Assembly: GCA_030606485.1 (NCBI GenBank)
Contig: JAUWGH010000001.1
Location: forward strand, 570,001 to 602,000
From: Promethearchaeota archaeon
GTDB taxonomy: Archaea; Asgardarchaeota; Lokiarchaeia; Sigyniarchaeales; SOKP01
DNA: 32,000 nucleotides
Direction of reading: 5' to 3'
Shown here piece by piece: positions 1 through 9,647 of the stretch. The notes beneath the pieces were generated by a model, which ran no database searches, was not told the DNA's origin, and worked only from the letters and a program-made list of their open reading frames with translations. How positions within the stretch are numbered: position 1 is the stretch's first letter; the number at the start of each line of letters is the position of its first letter. Position numbers and translations under genes: made by a program.

Positions 1-147
1 AAATTCTTCAAATTCTTCTTCAGTTACATGAGACCATTTATTATATCCTTCGTACTTCTTTGATATTTCCTCATACTTTTCCTTTAATTTATTAATATCT
101 ATTTGTAAATATTCAGAAATTTCTTGAAATGCTTGATTTAGGTTCAA
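1..147 (-). CDS. Class I SAM-dependent methyltransferase, N-terminal 49 aa; gene runs off the left edge; paralog of 26834..27589
   Basis: Manual translation from TTG at 147: MNLNQAFQEISEYLQIDINKLKEKYEEISKKYEGYNKWSHVTEEEFEEF, 32/49 identical by hand alignment to the N-terminus of 26834..27589. GGTGAG SD-like motif at 155-160, 7 nt upstream; starts 3 nt after the upstream gene's stop. Not in the ORF track. Confidence 0.85.
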   Translation of the reverse strand, partial: MNLNQAFQEISEYLQIDINKLKEKYEEISKKYEGYNKWSHVTEEEFEEF

Positions 148-150
148 AAA

Positions 151-1248
151 TTATCTCACCAGTATTTTTTTTATCACATCTGAAATTTTTATTAATTCTT
201 CCTCGGAAATCCATGGATGCATCGGTAAGGAAAGAATTTCATTACATATTTTTTCCGTAATTGGTAATCTATTAGTTTTTGTATAGTTAGAATACGCTTT
301 TGATAGATGCACTGGAATTGGATAATGGATATAATTCTGGATTTCATTCTTATCAAAAGATTCTTTCAAATAATCTCTTTTTTTAGATCTAATTACATAT
401 AGGTGATATATGTGTTTAGAATACTCTTTCTCAATTGGGGTAATTATATCCGTTTTTTCTAATAATTGATTATATTTTTGCGCGTGTTCTCTCCTCTTTT
501 TATTCCAATTGTCGAGATATTTTAATTTTACTCTGAGAATCGCTGCTTGTAATTCATCTAATCTACTATTAATTCCAATAAAATCATGATAATATCTTTT
601 TCTTTGTCCATAATTTCTAAATTGCTTTAATTTTATCGCTAGTTCCTCATTATCAGTAATTAACATTCCAGCATCCCCATAAGCCCCTAAATTTTTCGAA
701 GGATAGAAACTGAAACATCCAATATCGCCAATTCCCCCAACTTTTTTTCCTTTATATTCTGTACCGTGAGCTTGACAAGCGTCTTCAATTACAATTATTT
801 TATTTTTCTCTGAAATTTCCATAATTGGATCCATATTTGCACTATTTCCATATAAATGAACCAACATAATTGCTTTAGTTTTATTTGTAATCTTTTCTTC
901 AATCTTGGAAGTATCAATATTGTATGTATCTTCTTCGATATCAACAAAAATCGGTGTTGCTCCACATCTAGCAATTGCATCTACTGTAGATGTCATTGTA
1001 TGAGATACAGTAATTACCTCATCACCTCTACCAATGTCGTTTGCTAAGACTGCTAGAAGAAGCGCATCAGATCCAGAATTAACACCAATACCGAATTTTG
1101 CTCCAATATAGTCAGAAAATTCCTTTTCGAAATATTCCAATTCTTCTCCAAAAATAAACCATTGCCTTTCTAATACTCGTTCTAGCGCTTCTTGAATTTC
1201 TTCTTTAATCTTCTCGTAGCCTTTTTTGAAATCTACAAATAATATCAA
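151..1248 (-). CDS. fdtB: DegT/DnrJ/EryC1/StrS PLP aminotransferase, FdtB/QdtB-like (dTDP-3-amino-3,6-dideoxyhexose transaminase)
   Basis: Motifs [33 protein letters not shown] (PLP Lys), [10 protein letters not shown]; TTG start; divergent from an FdtA-type isomerase. FdtB versus QdtB stereochemistry cannot be resolved by eye. Confidence 0.9.
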   Translation of the reverse strand: MILFVDFKKGYEKIKEEIQEALERVLERQWFIFGEELEYFEKEFSDYIGAKFGIGVNSGSDALLLAVLANDIGRGDEVITVSHTMTSTVDAIARCGATPIFVDIEEDTYNIDTSKIEEKITNKTKAIMLVHLYGNSANMDPIMEISEKNKIIVIEDACQAHGTEYKGKKVGGIGDIGCFSFYPSKNLGAYGDAGMLITDNEELAIKLKQFRNYGQRKRYYHDFIGINSRLDELQAAILRVKLKYLDNWNKKRREHAQKYNQLLEKTDIITPIEKEYSKHIYHLYVIRSKKRDYLKESFDKNEIQNYIHYPIPVHLSKAYSNYTKTNRLPITEKICNEILSLPMHPWISEEELIKISDVIKKILVR

Positions 1249-1463
1249 ATTATCTCATATCATTTAATCCTTTAGTAATTTAATCATACCTTACAATATA
1301 ATATATAATGCAACTCATCTCTTATTAATCCAATTATAACTCTTAATTTTTTAGAATAAGAAATATCATATGGATACTAAAATATTTAAAACCTATGTCG
1401 TATTTTTTCAATATATTATACTTTTAAAAAAATTGAAAGAATTAAAACATACTTACATATCAA

Positions 1464-1895
1464 ATGTCTAAATCTTCTTGCTCGTTAAAGGATTGCAGAA
1501 TAATTGAGTTGCCTAAAATTTATGACGCTAGAGGAAATCTTACTTTCATAGAAAATAGTCGTCATATACCTTTCAATATAAAAAGAGTTTTTTATCTTTA
1601 TGATGTTCCTGGCGGTGAAACCAGAGGGGGGCATGCTCATTTAGATTTAGAGCAGTTCATAATCGCAGTCTCTGGCAGTTTCGATGTAATATTGGATGAT
1701 GGGTTTGAAAGAAAAGTCTTTAGTCTAAATAGATCGTATTACGGATTATACATTCCTTCCATGATATGGCGCGAATTGGAGAATTTTTCATCCGGATCCG
1801 TTTGTTTAGTCTTAACTTCAGATTTCTATAAAGAAGAAGATTATATTCTAAATTACGATTATTATAAGAAGATCGTAAGAGAATCTGATAAATAA
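1464..1895 (+). CDS. fdtA: Sugar 3,4-ketoisomerase, FdtA/QdtA cupin family
   Basis: DARGNLTFIE, IKRVFYLYDVPGGETRGGHAH (catalytic His pair), IWRELENFSSGSVCLVL; 143 aa. Confidence 0.92.
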   Translation: MSKSSCSLKDCRIIELPKIYDARGNLTFIENSRHIPFNIKRVFYLYDVPGGETRGGHAHLDLEQFIIAVSGSFDVILDDGFERKVFSLNRSYYGLYIPSMIWRELENFSSGSVCLVLTSDFYKEEDYILNYDYYKKIVRESDK

Positions 1896-1974
1896 ATGAT
1901 TTACATAATATCCTAATAGAATTAAATGAAGTTACTAATATCTCGACTGAGGATTTTTAATTCCTTTTTCTTAG

Positions 1975-2202
1975 CTATTCATAAATTTTTCCTATTCCTT
2001 CTCTGATGTCCGTTAAATTGATATCAATCCGCTCTAAATTATCTGCGATAATTGTGTCAATTTTTCCAAAAAAATCCCCAATTTCTTTATTTCTTAATGT
2101 TTTTTCATATCTTTTTCCGGGGATATTGTGCCTAATGCTGGTTATTATTTTTTGACTATAATCCGAAATAATTGCAATCGTAACTAATCCTCGTAAGATC
2201 TT
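1975..2202 (-). pseudogene. Possible gene remnant: 75-codon open frame with no ATG/GTG/TTG start
   Basis: KILRGLVTIAIISDYSQKIITSIRHNIPGKRYEKTLRNKEIGDFFGKIDTIIADNLERIDINLTDIREGIGKIYE*; more GC-rich than flanking spacer; tail loosely resembles SDR epimerase C-termini. Confidence 0.25.
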
Positions 2203-2431
2203 TCATATAAAGTTAATAACAAGTAAATGATTTTAGAGCAAAAATTTAATTTAATTATCTAAAAAAATAGAATTAAAAGTTGGAGGGTAACATAAATCTA
2301 TTATTTTTAGATAATTTCTTTAATCTACATGTAGAGTAAGAAATAATAAATTTTAAAAATATATTTTTCCATTACTTAAAAAATTTAAGTCATAAAAAGT
2401 TAGAGATAAATTAATTAAAAATATCAAGATT

Positions 2432-3559
2432 ATGTCAAAGAAAATATTAATAACTGGTGGAGCTGGATTTATAGGCTCGCATTTAGTTGATTTTTTGATA
2501 GAAAAAGGGCATGATATAATTGTTTTTGACAATTTAGAAGAACAAGTTCATGGAAAAATTGGAAAACCCCCTGAATACTTGAATAAAAATATAAAATTTC
2601 TAAAAGGAAATCTCGCAAATTACGAGAATTTGTATTCAGCAGTAAAAGATGTGGAGATAATATTTCATTTGGCTGCGGCTGTCGGTGTAGGTCAATCAAT
2701 GTACCAAATTGCTAAATATATAGAATATAACACAATGGGAACTGCGAATTTATTAGATATTTTAGTCAATAAGGAGCATAATGTTAAGAAATTAATTGTT
2801 GGTTCTTCAATGTCCATATATGGTGAAGGTAAATATAAATGTGAATCATGTGGGTACATGTATCCAAAATTAAGAGAAATTAAAGATTTAAAATCTGGCT
2901 TTTGGGAATTCAAATGCAAAAATTGTGGTAAGCAGCTAACATCTCTTCCAACAGATGAAGAAAAATCATTGGATTCAACATCAATATATGCAATGAGTAA
3001 AAAACACCAAGAAAAAATGAGTTTATTAATTGGAGAGACATACGGAATTGATACAACAGCATTAAGATTATTTAATGTATATGGTTCAAGACAGGCATTA
3101 TCAAATCCTTATACTGGTGTTTGTGCAATCTTTTGCTCAAACTTATTATGTGGAAATCCCCCCCTTATCTTCGAAGATGGGTTACAGTCAAGAGATTTTG
3201 TTAATGTGAAAGATATATGTCAGTCTTTATTTTTATCTATGGAAAAATCACAAGCTAAAGGAGAAATTTTCAATGTAGGTACAGGAGAGCCCATTACAAT
3301 TAAATCAATTGCAGAAATTCTAACTCAAAAAATAAATCCAGAGATAAAACCAATTATTACGAATAAATTTAGAGCTGGAGATATAAGGCATTGTGTCTCA
3401 GACATTACAAAAATAAAACAGAAATTAGGATATAAACCAAAAATATCATTTGAAGATGGTATTGAAGAATTAATTCAATGGGTTAAAACCCAAGTGGGAA
3501 AAGTTGAGGATAAATCGAAGAAAGCATTAGAAGAATTAAAAAATAAAGGTCTTGTATGA
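2432..3559 (+). CDS. NAD-dependent NDP-sugar epimerase/dehydratase (extended SDR, WbiB-like) with a CxxC...CxxC insertion
   Basis: ILITGGAGFIGSH Rossmann motif, HLAAAVGVGQS, GSSMSIYGEG, YAMSK (YxxxK), RDFVNVKD, RAGDIRHC; insert CESC...CKNC. Confidence 0.9.
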   Translation: MSKKILITGGAGFIGSHLVDFLIEKGHDIIVFDNLEEQVHGKIGKPPEYLNKNIKFLKGNLANYENLYSAVKDVEIIFHLAAAVGVGQSMYQIAKYIEYNTMGTANLLDILVNKEHNVKKLIVGSSMSIYGEGKYKCESCGYMYPKLREIKDLKSGFWEFKCKNCGKQLTSLPTDEEKSLDSTSIYAMSKKHQEKMSLLIGETYGIDTTALRLFNVYGSRQALSNPYTGVCAIFCSNLLCGNPPLIFEDGLQSRDFVNVKDICQSLFLSMEKSQAKGEIFNVGTGEPITIKSIAEILTQKINPEIKPIITNKFRAGDIRHCVSDITKIKQKLGYKPKISFEDGIEELIQWVKTQVGKVEDKSKKALEELKNKGLV

Positions 3560-3585
3560 AAAATATTTTATTAAGAAATTATGAT

Positions 3586-4590
3586 TTAATATATCTCTAA
3601 TCCACCAAAATTTAATTTACATGGAAGCAATTTGAGTTTTTCTTTAAGTAATGTCTTTTTTAAATCGTATTCACAACCCTTTTCAGCTAAAATAACTGCA
3701 GACCCACCTCCACCGGCTCCATTGCATTTAAACCCAATAGCTCCATTTTGAAAGGCAAGTTTTTCAGTTTTTTTAATAATTGGGGGTGTCATCATAGAAT
3801 GCAATGCTTTTTGAGCTTCCCAATTTTTATTCATTATTTCTCCAACTTCGTGAATATCTTCAGAATTTATAGCCCGGACCATTTCATATGCAGATTTTTT
3901 TAGCATATCAAATGCTTTTATCGTTGATTCATTTTCTTCTTTAAAATTTTGTATTACTTGTAAATGCATTTCACTGGAACTTCTTGAACCAAAATAAACA
4001 AGTATCATTTGGCTTTCTAATTCAAATATTCTTTTATTATCAACTTTAATGTTTGATATTTTTACAGCAGGATAATTTATTTCCATAAAATTTATACCGC
4101 CAAATGCAGCTGCATATTGATCTTGAACACCACTTTCTAAACCAAGTTCTTCTGTCTCGAGTTTATGTGCTAATTCTGCTATTTGGTATGGACTAAGATA
4201 TTTATCAGAGAATTTAGACAATGCACCAATCAATGCAACAGCAATGCTCGCGCTTGTCCCTGTTCCACAACTTGGTGGTGCATCTGATCTAGCATAAATA
4301 TCTAATCCTGATTTGATTTCCATACGTTTAACAGCAGCCTTTAATAAATCCAGTATTCCATCATATTCAATTTGTCGATAATCTTTAATTTTTGCGTTTA
4401 AATCAAGATTCTCTGAGATGATGTTAATTGAATTACTATTATTCTCAACCAATCTTATATAACTATATAAATCAACACAAAAATTGATAACTGCTCCTTG
4501 TTTATAAAACCAAGTGTCTGTCCATCCACCAATATCACAAACTCTTACCGGTGCCCTGGAATAAATTACTTTCATTCTTTTTAGCTCCAA
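3586..4590 (-). CDS. hddA: GHMP-family sugar kinase, D-glycero-D-manno-heptose 7-phosphate kinase (HddA)-like
   Basis: SRAPVRVCDIGGWTD, APPSCGTGTS (GHMP ATP loop variant), GVQDQYAAAFGGIN, GFKCNGAGGGG. Start is TTG 4590 or ATG 4575. Confidence 0.8.
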   Translation of the reverse strand: MELKRMKVIYSRAPVRVCDIGGWTDTWFYKQGAVINFCVDLYSYIRLVENNSNSINIISENLDLNAKIKDYRQIEYDGILDLLKAAVKRMEIKSGLDIYARSDAPPSCGTGTSASIAVALIGALSKFSDKYLSPYQIAELAHKLETEELGLESGVQDQYAAAFGGINFMEINYPAVKISNIKVDNKRIFELESQMILVYFGSRSSSEMHLQVIQNFKEENESTIKAFDMLKKSAYEMVRAINSEDIHEVGEIMNKNWEAQKALHSMMTPPIIKKTEKLAFQNGAIGFKCNGAGGGGSAVILAEKGCEYDLKKTLLKEKLKLLPCKLNFGGLEIY

Positions 4591-4759
4591 ATTAATGAAA
4601 AAAATTATTTAAAAAAATTATTCTACTAGAAATTATCCTAATTGTAATAAAATAATTTTGATGTTATTCCTTTAAAATTTTGTATGGCACAGAAAGAATA
4701 TTAAATAAAGCATAATTTTTAAACAATTATAAAACATTAATTTTAAGGATAAAATCATT

Positions 4760-5914
4760 ATGAGTAAAAATTATATTCCAATTGAAAAAGTATTAGAAAA
4801 AAATGAACATATTTATAAACTGGAGTCTCAAGGGTTCATTATTAACTCTAATAACCTAGAAAATTATCTTAAACAATTTGAAGGGGTAGATTCAAAAAAC
4901 CCTACTGAAAGTTTTTGGAAAGATAAAAGAGTTTTAATTACCGGCTTAGCTGGATTTGCAGGAAGTCATTTAGCTGAATATTTATTGAACTTGGGAGCAG
5001 AAGTATATGGTACTGTAAGAAGACATGCAGTGCCAAAGTATGAAAACATTGAACATATAAGAGATAAGATATCTTTTCAGGAAATGGACTTAACAAGTTT
5101 GGAGAGAACTCTTTCAATTTTCAAGAAAATTCAGCCACAACATATTTTTCATTTAGCAGCCGAGAGTTTTGTCCCTACTAGCTTCAGAGAACCAAATCGA
5201 GTTATGTATAATAATACAGCATGTACCGTAAATATTTTTGAAGCAGCGAGAGTATATGATTCAGATTTGGAAAGTATTCAAGTAGCTTGTAGTAGTGAAC
5301 AATATGGATTGGTTGGAATAGATGAGATTCCAGTCACTGAGGAATTAAAGAAAAATCCCTTTAGACCTCGAAGTATATATGGAATTACTAAAGTAGTTAC
5401 TGAATATACAGCAAATTTATATAATAAAGCATATGGGCTTCCTAGTTTCATTACTCGAGGCTTTAATCATGAAGGCCCAAGACGTGGTTTACAGTTTGTC
5501 ACAAGCGTAATTCATAGACAAATTATTAGAGTTTTAGAAGGGAAACAAAATAATATAGTTATTGGTAATCCTAATGCAATTAGAGATTTTACCCACGTTA
5601 TAGATACCGTTCGAGCCTATATATTAGTTTGTGAAAAGGGCAGAAAAGCTGAACCATATAATGTTTGTTCTGGTAAAGGAATTAGTATCGCCGATTATAT
5701 TGAGATTTGTAAAACTCTTTATGATTTGGATGTTCCGGTATTGATTGATTCTGATAGGATAAGACCCAGCGATGTTCCAATTCTTATTGGTAATAATGAA
5801 AAAATTAAAAGTGAAATTGGCTGGGCTCCATTGTATCCCATTACAAAAATTATGAAGGATGGGATTAGCTACTTTCAAGAACACAAGGAATTTTTAGATA
5901 TTGAATCACATTAA
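4760..5914 (+). CDS. gmd: GDP-mannose 4,6-dehydratase family (Gmd or DmhA/WcbK-like GDP-heptose dehydratase)
   Basis: VLITGLAGFAGSHLAEYL, HLAAESFV, CSSEQYG, YGITK, FNHEGPRRG..FVTS, GNPNAIRDFTHVID, RPSDV; about 55 aa N-terminal extension. Confidence 0.85.
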   Translation: MSKNYIPIEKVLEKNEHIYKLESQGFIINSNNLENYLKQFEGVDSKNPTESFWKDKRVLITGLAGFAGSHLAEYLLNLGAEVYGTVRRHAVPKYENIEHIRDKISFQEMDLTSLERTLSIFKKIQPQHIFHLAAESFVPTSFREPNRVMYNNTACTVNIFEAARVYDSDLESIQVACSSEQYGLVGIDEIPVTEELKKNPFRPRSIYGITKVVTEYTANLYNKAYGLPSFITRGFNHEGPRRGLQFVTSVIHRQIIRVLEGKQNNIVIGNPNAIRDFTHVIDTVRAYILVCEKGRKAEPYNVCSGKGISIADYIEICKTLYDLDVPVLIDSDRIRPSDVPILIGNNEKIKSEIGWAPLYPITKIMKDGISYFQEHKEFLDIESH

Positions 5915-5960
5915 TCTATTCTCTCTAATTTTATTTAATAAAAAAATTTAGAGAAAAGAC

Positions 5961-6878
5961 TTAATCGATCAATTTTTTTATATTTCTCAATTTCTTCTTA
6001 ATTATCAAAGGCAAAAATGAAAACTTATTCAATATAGTTCCTATTAACGTTGTAATTCTAAATAATTTATAAAAATATATTAAAAAATTTAATCTATAAA
6101 ATGCAATTCTAAAATAATTAAAATATAATTCCTTTTTTGTTAAATTTGGGATATTTGTATTTAATCTTCTCTTATACGCTTTTAATTTAGCGATATAATG
6201 ATAAACTTTAGCCTTAAATTGATTTTTTCCTTGAGAAATTCCTTGTTCATGACTTCGATAATAATATAAAGGCTTATCTATAAATTTCAATTTTGAAACC
6301 TCTTCTAATTTAAAAATTATATCTTTATCTACAGCAAATTTTTGATTTTGATCAAAGCCTTTAGTCTTTCTATATACATCTCTACGGAATGTCTTGAAAT
6401 GTGAAACTTTTATTTTATGGAGATTTGTCTTATTTGGTTCAATAAGTCCAACCCATTTAGTAATTTGAGGATTTTTTAGGTTAAAATCACAAACCCAATA
6501 AGTGCTGTATATAAAACCATACTCTGGATTATCTTTATAAGCTTTTGCCATAACTTCTAACGCACTTTCATGAAGTTTATCATCTGAATCAAAAATTGCT
6601 AAAACCATATTTAAAGCATTATCCGCAGCAGTTTTCAAGGCACCCCCATAACCTAAATTCTTTTTATGAATAATAAGTTTAATTCGATTATCTTTCAAAT
6701 AAGGTTTAATTATTTCAATAGAATTGTCAGTAGATGCATCATCTACAATAATTAATATCCAATGTGGGTAAGTTTGCGAAATAACACTTTGTATTGCTTC
6801 TTCAATATAACGAGCATTATTATAATTGGCCATTAAAATTGAAAATGTGATGGGTTTTAATTTAATATTATCTCTCAT
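5961..6878 (-). CDS. Glycosyltransferase family 2
   Basis: FSILMANYN...IEEAIQSVISQTY, IVDDASTDNS, FDSDD (DxD), KPLYYYRSH. Confidence 0.9.
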   Translation of the reverse strand: MRDNIKLKPITFSILMANYNNARYIEEAIQSVISQTYPHWILIIVDDASTDNSIEIIKPYLKDNRIKLIIHKKNLGYGGALKTAADNALNMVLAIFDSDDKLHESALEVMAKAYKDNPEYGFIYSTYWVCDFNLKNPQITKWVGLIEPNKTNLHKIKVSHFKTFRRDVYRKTKGFDQNQKFAVDKDIIFKLEEVSKLKFIDKPLYYYRSHEQGISQGKNQFKAKVYHYIAKLKAYKRRLNTNIPNLTKKELYFNYFRIAFYRLNFLIYFYKLFRITTLIGTILNKFSFLPLIIKKKLRNIKKLID

Positions 6879-7250
6879 ATTAAAGTTAAATATATCTACT
6901 TTAAATTATATTAAATTGGTTTTAATAATAAGTTTTATTTTCTATTTTTCGGCTTAAATAGTCATTTTAGAAGTTATTCCAAGTAGACTAAAAATTTTAA
7001 TTATTGTTTTAATAATATTTAAAAAAAATTGTTAAAAAATTTGATTAAATCCTTATAAGAATAAGATTTGATTTTTAATGTATATTAAGCTAACCTTAAA
7101 TATTTTTTATATCAAAGAAAAATTAAATTATTAATTCCTTCTTTATTAAATAATTCAAATTAACTGATGAGATAATATAAATTAAATGTTAAATTTTATT
7201 AAAAAAATAATATAAAATAGTCTTTTTTTAAAAATAAAACAAAATTATCT

Positions 7251-7385
7251 TCAACAATCTCTACCCCATTCTCTTAAAGAATTAATTATTTTATGCAATT
7301 TAAGATTGTTAGTTAATAATGCACCACCCTCTCCCATAGTGATATGATGAGCAGGATAAAAAAAATATGTTGAAATATCCCCAAA
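7251..7385 (-). pseudogene. rfbH: Internal fragment of RfbH/DdhC (CDP-4-keto-6-deoxyglucose 3-dehydrase, E1)
   Basis: [44 protein letters not shown]: the [12 protein letters not shown] motif (His replacing the PLP Lys) and WGRDC are hallmarks of the RfbH subfamily; ends at TGA right after the first Cys of the Fe-S motif. Confidence 0.8.
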
Positions 7386-7535
7386 AGAAATTGTTAGTAG
7401 GAGGAGAGCCCATTCTTCTGGAGTAATTAATCTCGCAACAAAAAATATATTAATAATTCCTAAAAAATAATTTAAGTATATCCTAATTAGTGTAAGGCTA
7501 CCACTCTCTACTAGTTTTTTCTTTATTTCGGACAT
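7386..7535 (-). pseudogene. 5' fragment of a Wzx/RfbX-type oligosaccharide flippase fused in-frame to the rfbH fragment
   Basis: ATG 7535: [50 protein letters not shown], matching the flippase N-terminal pattern (first TM helix, then ARLL.PEE.G-type motif). The ORF track starts at an alternative TTG 7568. Confidence 0.7.
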
Positions 7536-7690
7536 TTTATGAAAGTGTATTCTCTTAAAAAAATCCAAAAAATTAGATATTAAATTTCTAAATTTTCTAT
7601 CTTTTAAAATATTTTTTAAAACAATCTTTTAGAATATTGCAGTAAAATATTATTATTATTTTTTTTAAATAATTGAGCGTATTAAAGATT

Positions 7691-8596
7691 TTATTTAAAT
7701 AATTTGTAAAATTTATACAAAATCTTTTTTATTATTGATTTTGAAATAGGGTTATAATTTTTTTCAAAAATATGAGATACAAAATCTTTTTTTCTAAGTT
7801 TCTGAATTTGTATAGCAACATCATCAAGTTCTTCTTTTGCTAAACTTTTTAAATTAATTTTCCTCTGAGAATATCTTATCCACTCATCTTCATTAAATTT
7901 TAGGTTACTCGGGTCATTAGGATTATATGTTTTATTAATAATTCGATATTCTTTGATCACAAATTCATATTTTTCTTTCCCATCATGTATTGTCGTTTCC
8001 CAAGGAACATCTATGATTGCTTGATTATTATATTTCTTAAAATTTCCTGTTTGAATTTTTACGATTTCTCCAGATTTTTTATCAATTAAGGAATCATGGG
8101 AAATTTTCCATTGATTATCTATTGTTAAATTTATAATCCATGGAAGTTTTCGATCAGCATTAAATAATAAATTACCACACAGATATTTTTTGTATAACCA
8201 AATATATGGCATATTTTTTTCAAGCATATTTTGACAAGATTTTCTTAATTTTTTTTCTGAAGTTTTCGGTATATATTGATTTATGCTAAGTAAAATTGCG
8301 ACATCCAAACCTTCTTCTTGGAGTTTTCTATATGCTAAATTTGAATTGTCGGATAATATTTGCATTGTAAAAATTTCTTCTCCATTCACTAATTTAAACC
8401 AAGTTCTTTCATTTGAAATAAATTCAATATTACAATAATTTTCAAATAAATCTTTATCAGCATACCTATATGAAGAGATCACAATTATATGATCAGAAAA
8501 ATTTACCAAATTACTAATAATTAACTTATTAATCTCTTTATATTGATAACCATATCGGTCCATCCTTCCAACGGGCAATATAATTCCAATTTTCAT
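7691..8596 (-). CDS. Hypothetical protein, possibly a divergent GT-A fold enzyme
   Basis: 301 aa ORF within the minus-strand gene run; N-terminal KIGIILP strand resembles GT2 starts; no clear DxD. Confidence 0.6.
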   Translation of the reverse strand: MKIGIILPVGRMDRYGYQYKEINKLIISNLVNFSDHIIVISSYRYADKDLFENYCNIEFISNERTWFKLVNGEEIFTMQILSDNSNLAYRKLQEEGLDVAILLSINQYIPKTSEKKLRKSCQNMLEKNMPYIWLYKKYLCGNLLFNADRKLPWIINLTIDNQWKISHDSLIDKKSGEIVKIQTGNFKKYNNQAIIDVPWETTIHDGKEKYEFVIKEYRIINKTYNPNDPSNLKFNEDEWIRYSQRKINLKSLAKEELDDVAIQIQKLRKKDFVSHIFEKNYNPISKSIIKKILYKFYKLFK

Positions 8597-8699
8597 TTTA
8601 ATATGAATCTTAATTCTAAGTAAAAAAAAATTTAAAATTCTAAGGTTATATTATAGATATTTTTATAGAATAATTATTTTTTAATTTTGCATAATCATC

Positions 8700-9641
8700 T
8701 TATTTGATTTCATTTTTTAATATTGCATATCCTACACCTTCTTTTCCAAATCCGTTGCCATTATAAAATAAATATTTTTTTCCATTATAGTTATACATAA
8801 AACCATATTCAATCATTTTAGAATCCCATCCATTTTTAGATTTTTCTATTCCAATTTTATCATCCATTCGTTTCCAAAAGATTCCATTCGCTGATTCTGC
8901 ATAACCGAGTCTATAACTCTTTTTTGGATCAATTCTATAATTAGTTGCATTTCTATATGAATAAATCATTTTATAAATCCCCTTTTCTAAAAAGACATAA
9001 GGCCGGGCAATAGCTTCTGTAAAATCATCATAATCAATACAAACAATCCCTTTCTTATTCCAATGAATTCCATCAGAAGACTCAGTGTATTTTACATTAT
9101 AAAAAGGTTCAGGCCAATCATTTATAATTTTCCATTTCGTACAAGAAATATACCACATTTTCCAAATATTACCATCTTTAATAATACATGGTGCGGCTAC
9201 CCAATAAGGTTCTTCGATATTTCTATCATAAATTGGTCCTTCAGTAAATTTTTTAAAGATTTTACCTCTATCTTCACTTATTGCTAAACCTATCGCTAAA
9301 CGGTAGGAAACAGTTCCTCCAAGATTCCAAGCGGTATAATAAAGATATTTTTTATGTTTATGATTTACAATCCAAGATGGCATAATTCCATTATCATCAA
9401 AAGTTCCTAATTTTCCTAAAGCAATTATTGGTTTATCATTGATATATAAAATATTTTTTGGATTTACTGCTTCCACTTCAATATATGTTGGGTGAGAGCG
9501 ACCTTGATTATCTCGAGAACTAAAATAAATCCTCAATATTTCTTCACTTACTTGATCAACCACGGGAATTTGTGCATGTGAAATCATAATTCCATTTTTT
9601 CCATTAGGACAATATATTAAACCTTTTTTTATCCATTTGAT
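8700..9641 (-). CDS. Five-bladed beta-propeller protein (GH43/GH32/GH130-like fold) of the type found beside wbqC/vioA; probable ATC start at 9641
   Basis: Repeated blade motifs (RIYFSSRD, KYLYYTAWN, WKMWYIS, YKMIYSYR, YLFYNGNGFG; SEDRG.F, SSDGIHW, SANGIFW). The frame continues upstream of ATG 9587 with KWIKKGLIYCPNG. Confidence 0.8.
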   Translation of the reverse strand: MKWIKKGLIYCPNGKNGIMISHAQIPVVDQVSEEILRIYFSSRDNQGRSHPTYIEVEAVNPKNILYINDKPIIALGKLGTFDDNGIMPSWIVNHKHKKYLYYTAWNLGGTVSYRLAIGLAISEDRGKIFKKFTEGPIYDRNIEEPYWVAAPCIIKDGNIWKMWYISCTKWKIINDWPEPFYNVKYTESSDGIHWNKKGIVCIDYDDFTEAIARPYVFLEKGIYKMIYSYRNATNYRIDPKKSYRLGYAESANGIFWKRMDDKIGIEKSKNGWDSKMIEYGFMYNYNGKKYLFYNGNGFGKEGVGYAILKNEIK

Positions 9642-9647
9642 ATTATT

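Noticed and set aside
795-1047. Short track ORFs 795..980 and 856..1047; likewise 2469, 2692, 5624, 9063, 12030, 12739, 17419, 18954, 19323, 20764, 22580, 23582, 25915
   Set aside because: All overlap well-supported genes on the opposite strand or in another frame and have no motifs; they are shadow ORFs.
1249-1463. TATA/BRE promoter elements in divergent spacers
   Set aside because: TATA-like hexamers are ubiquitous here and cannot be assigned without transcript data.
7251-7253. TGA after WGRDC as Trp or Sec recoding
   Set aside because: Long ORFs use TGG for Trp and end at TGA (3559, 29798). Sequence after this TGA does not continue as RfbH (AGA TAA).
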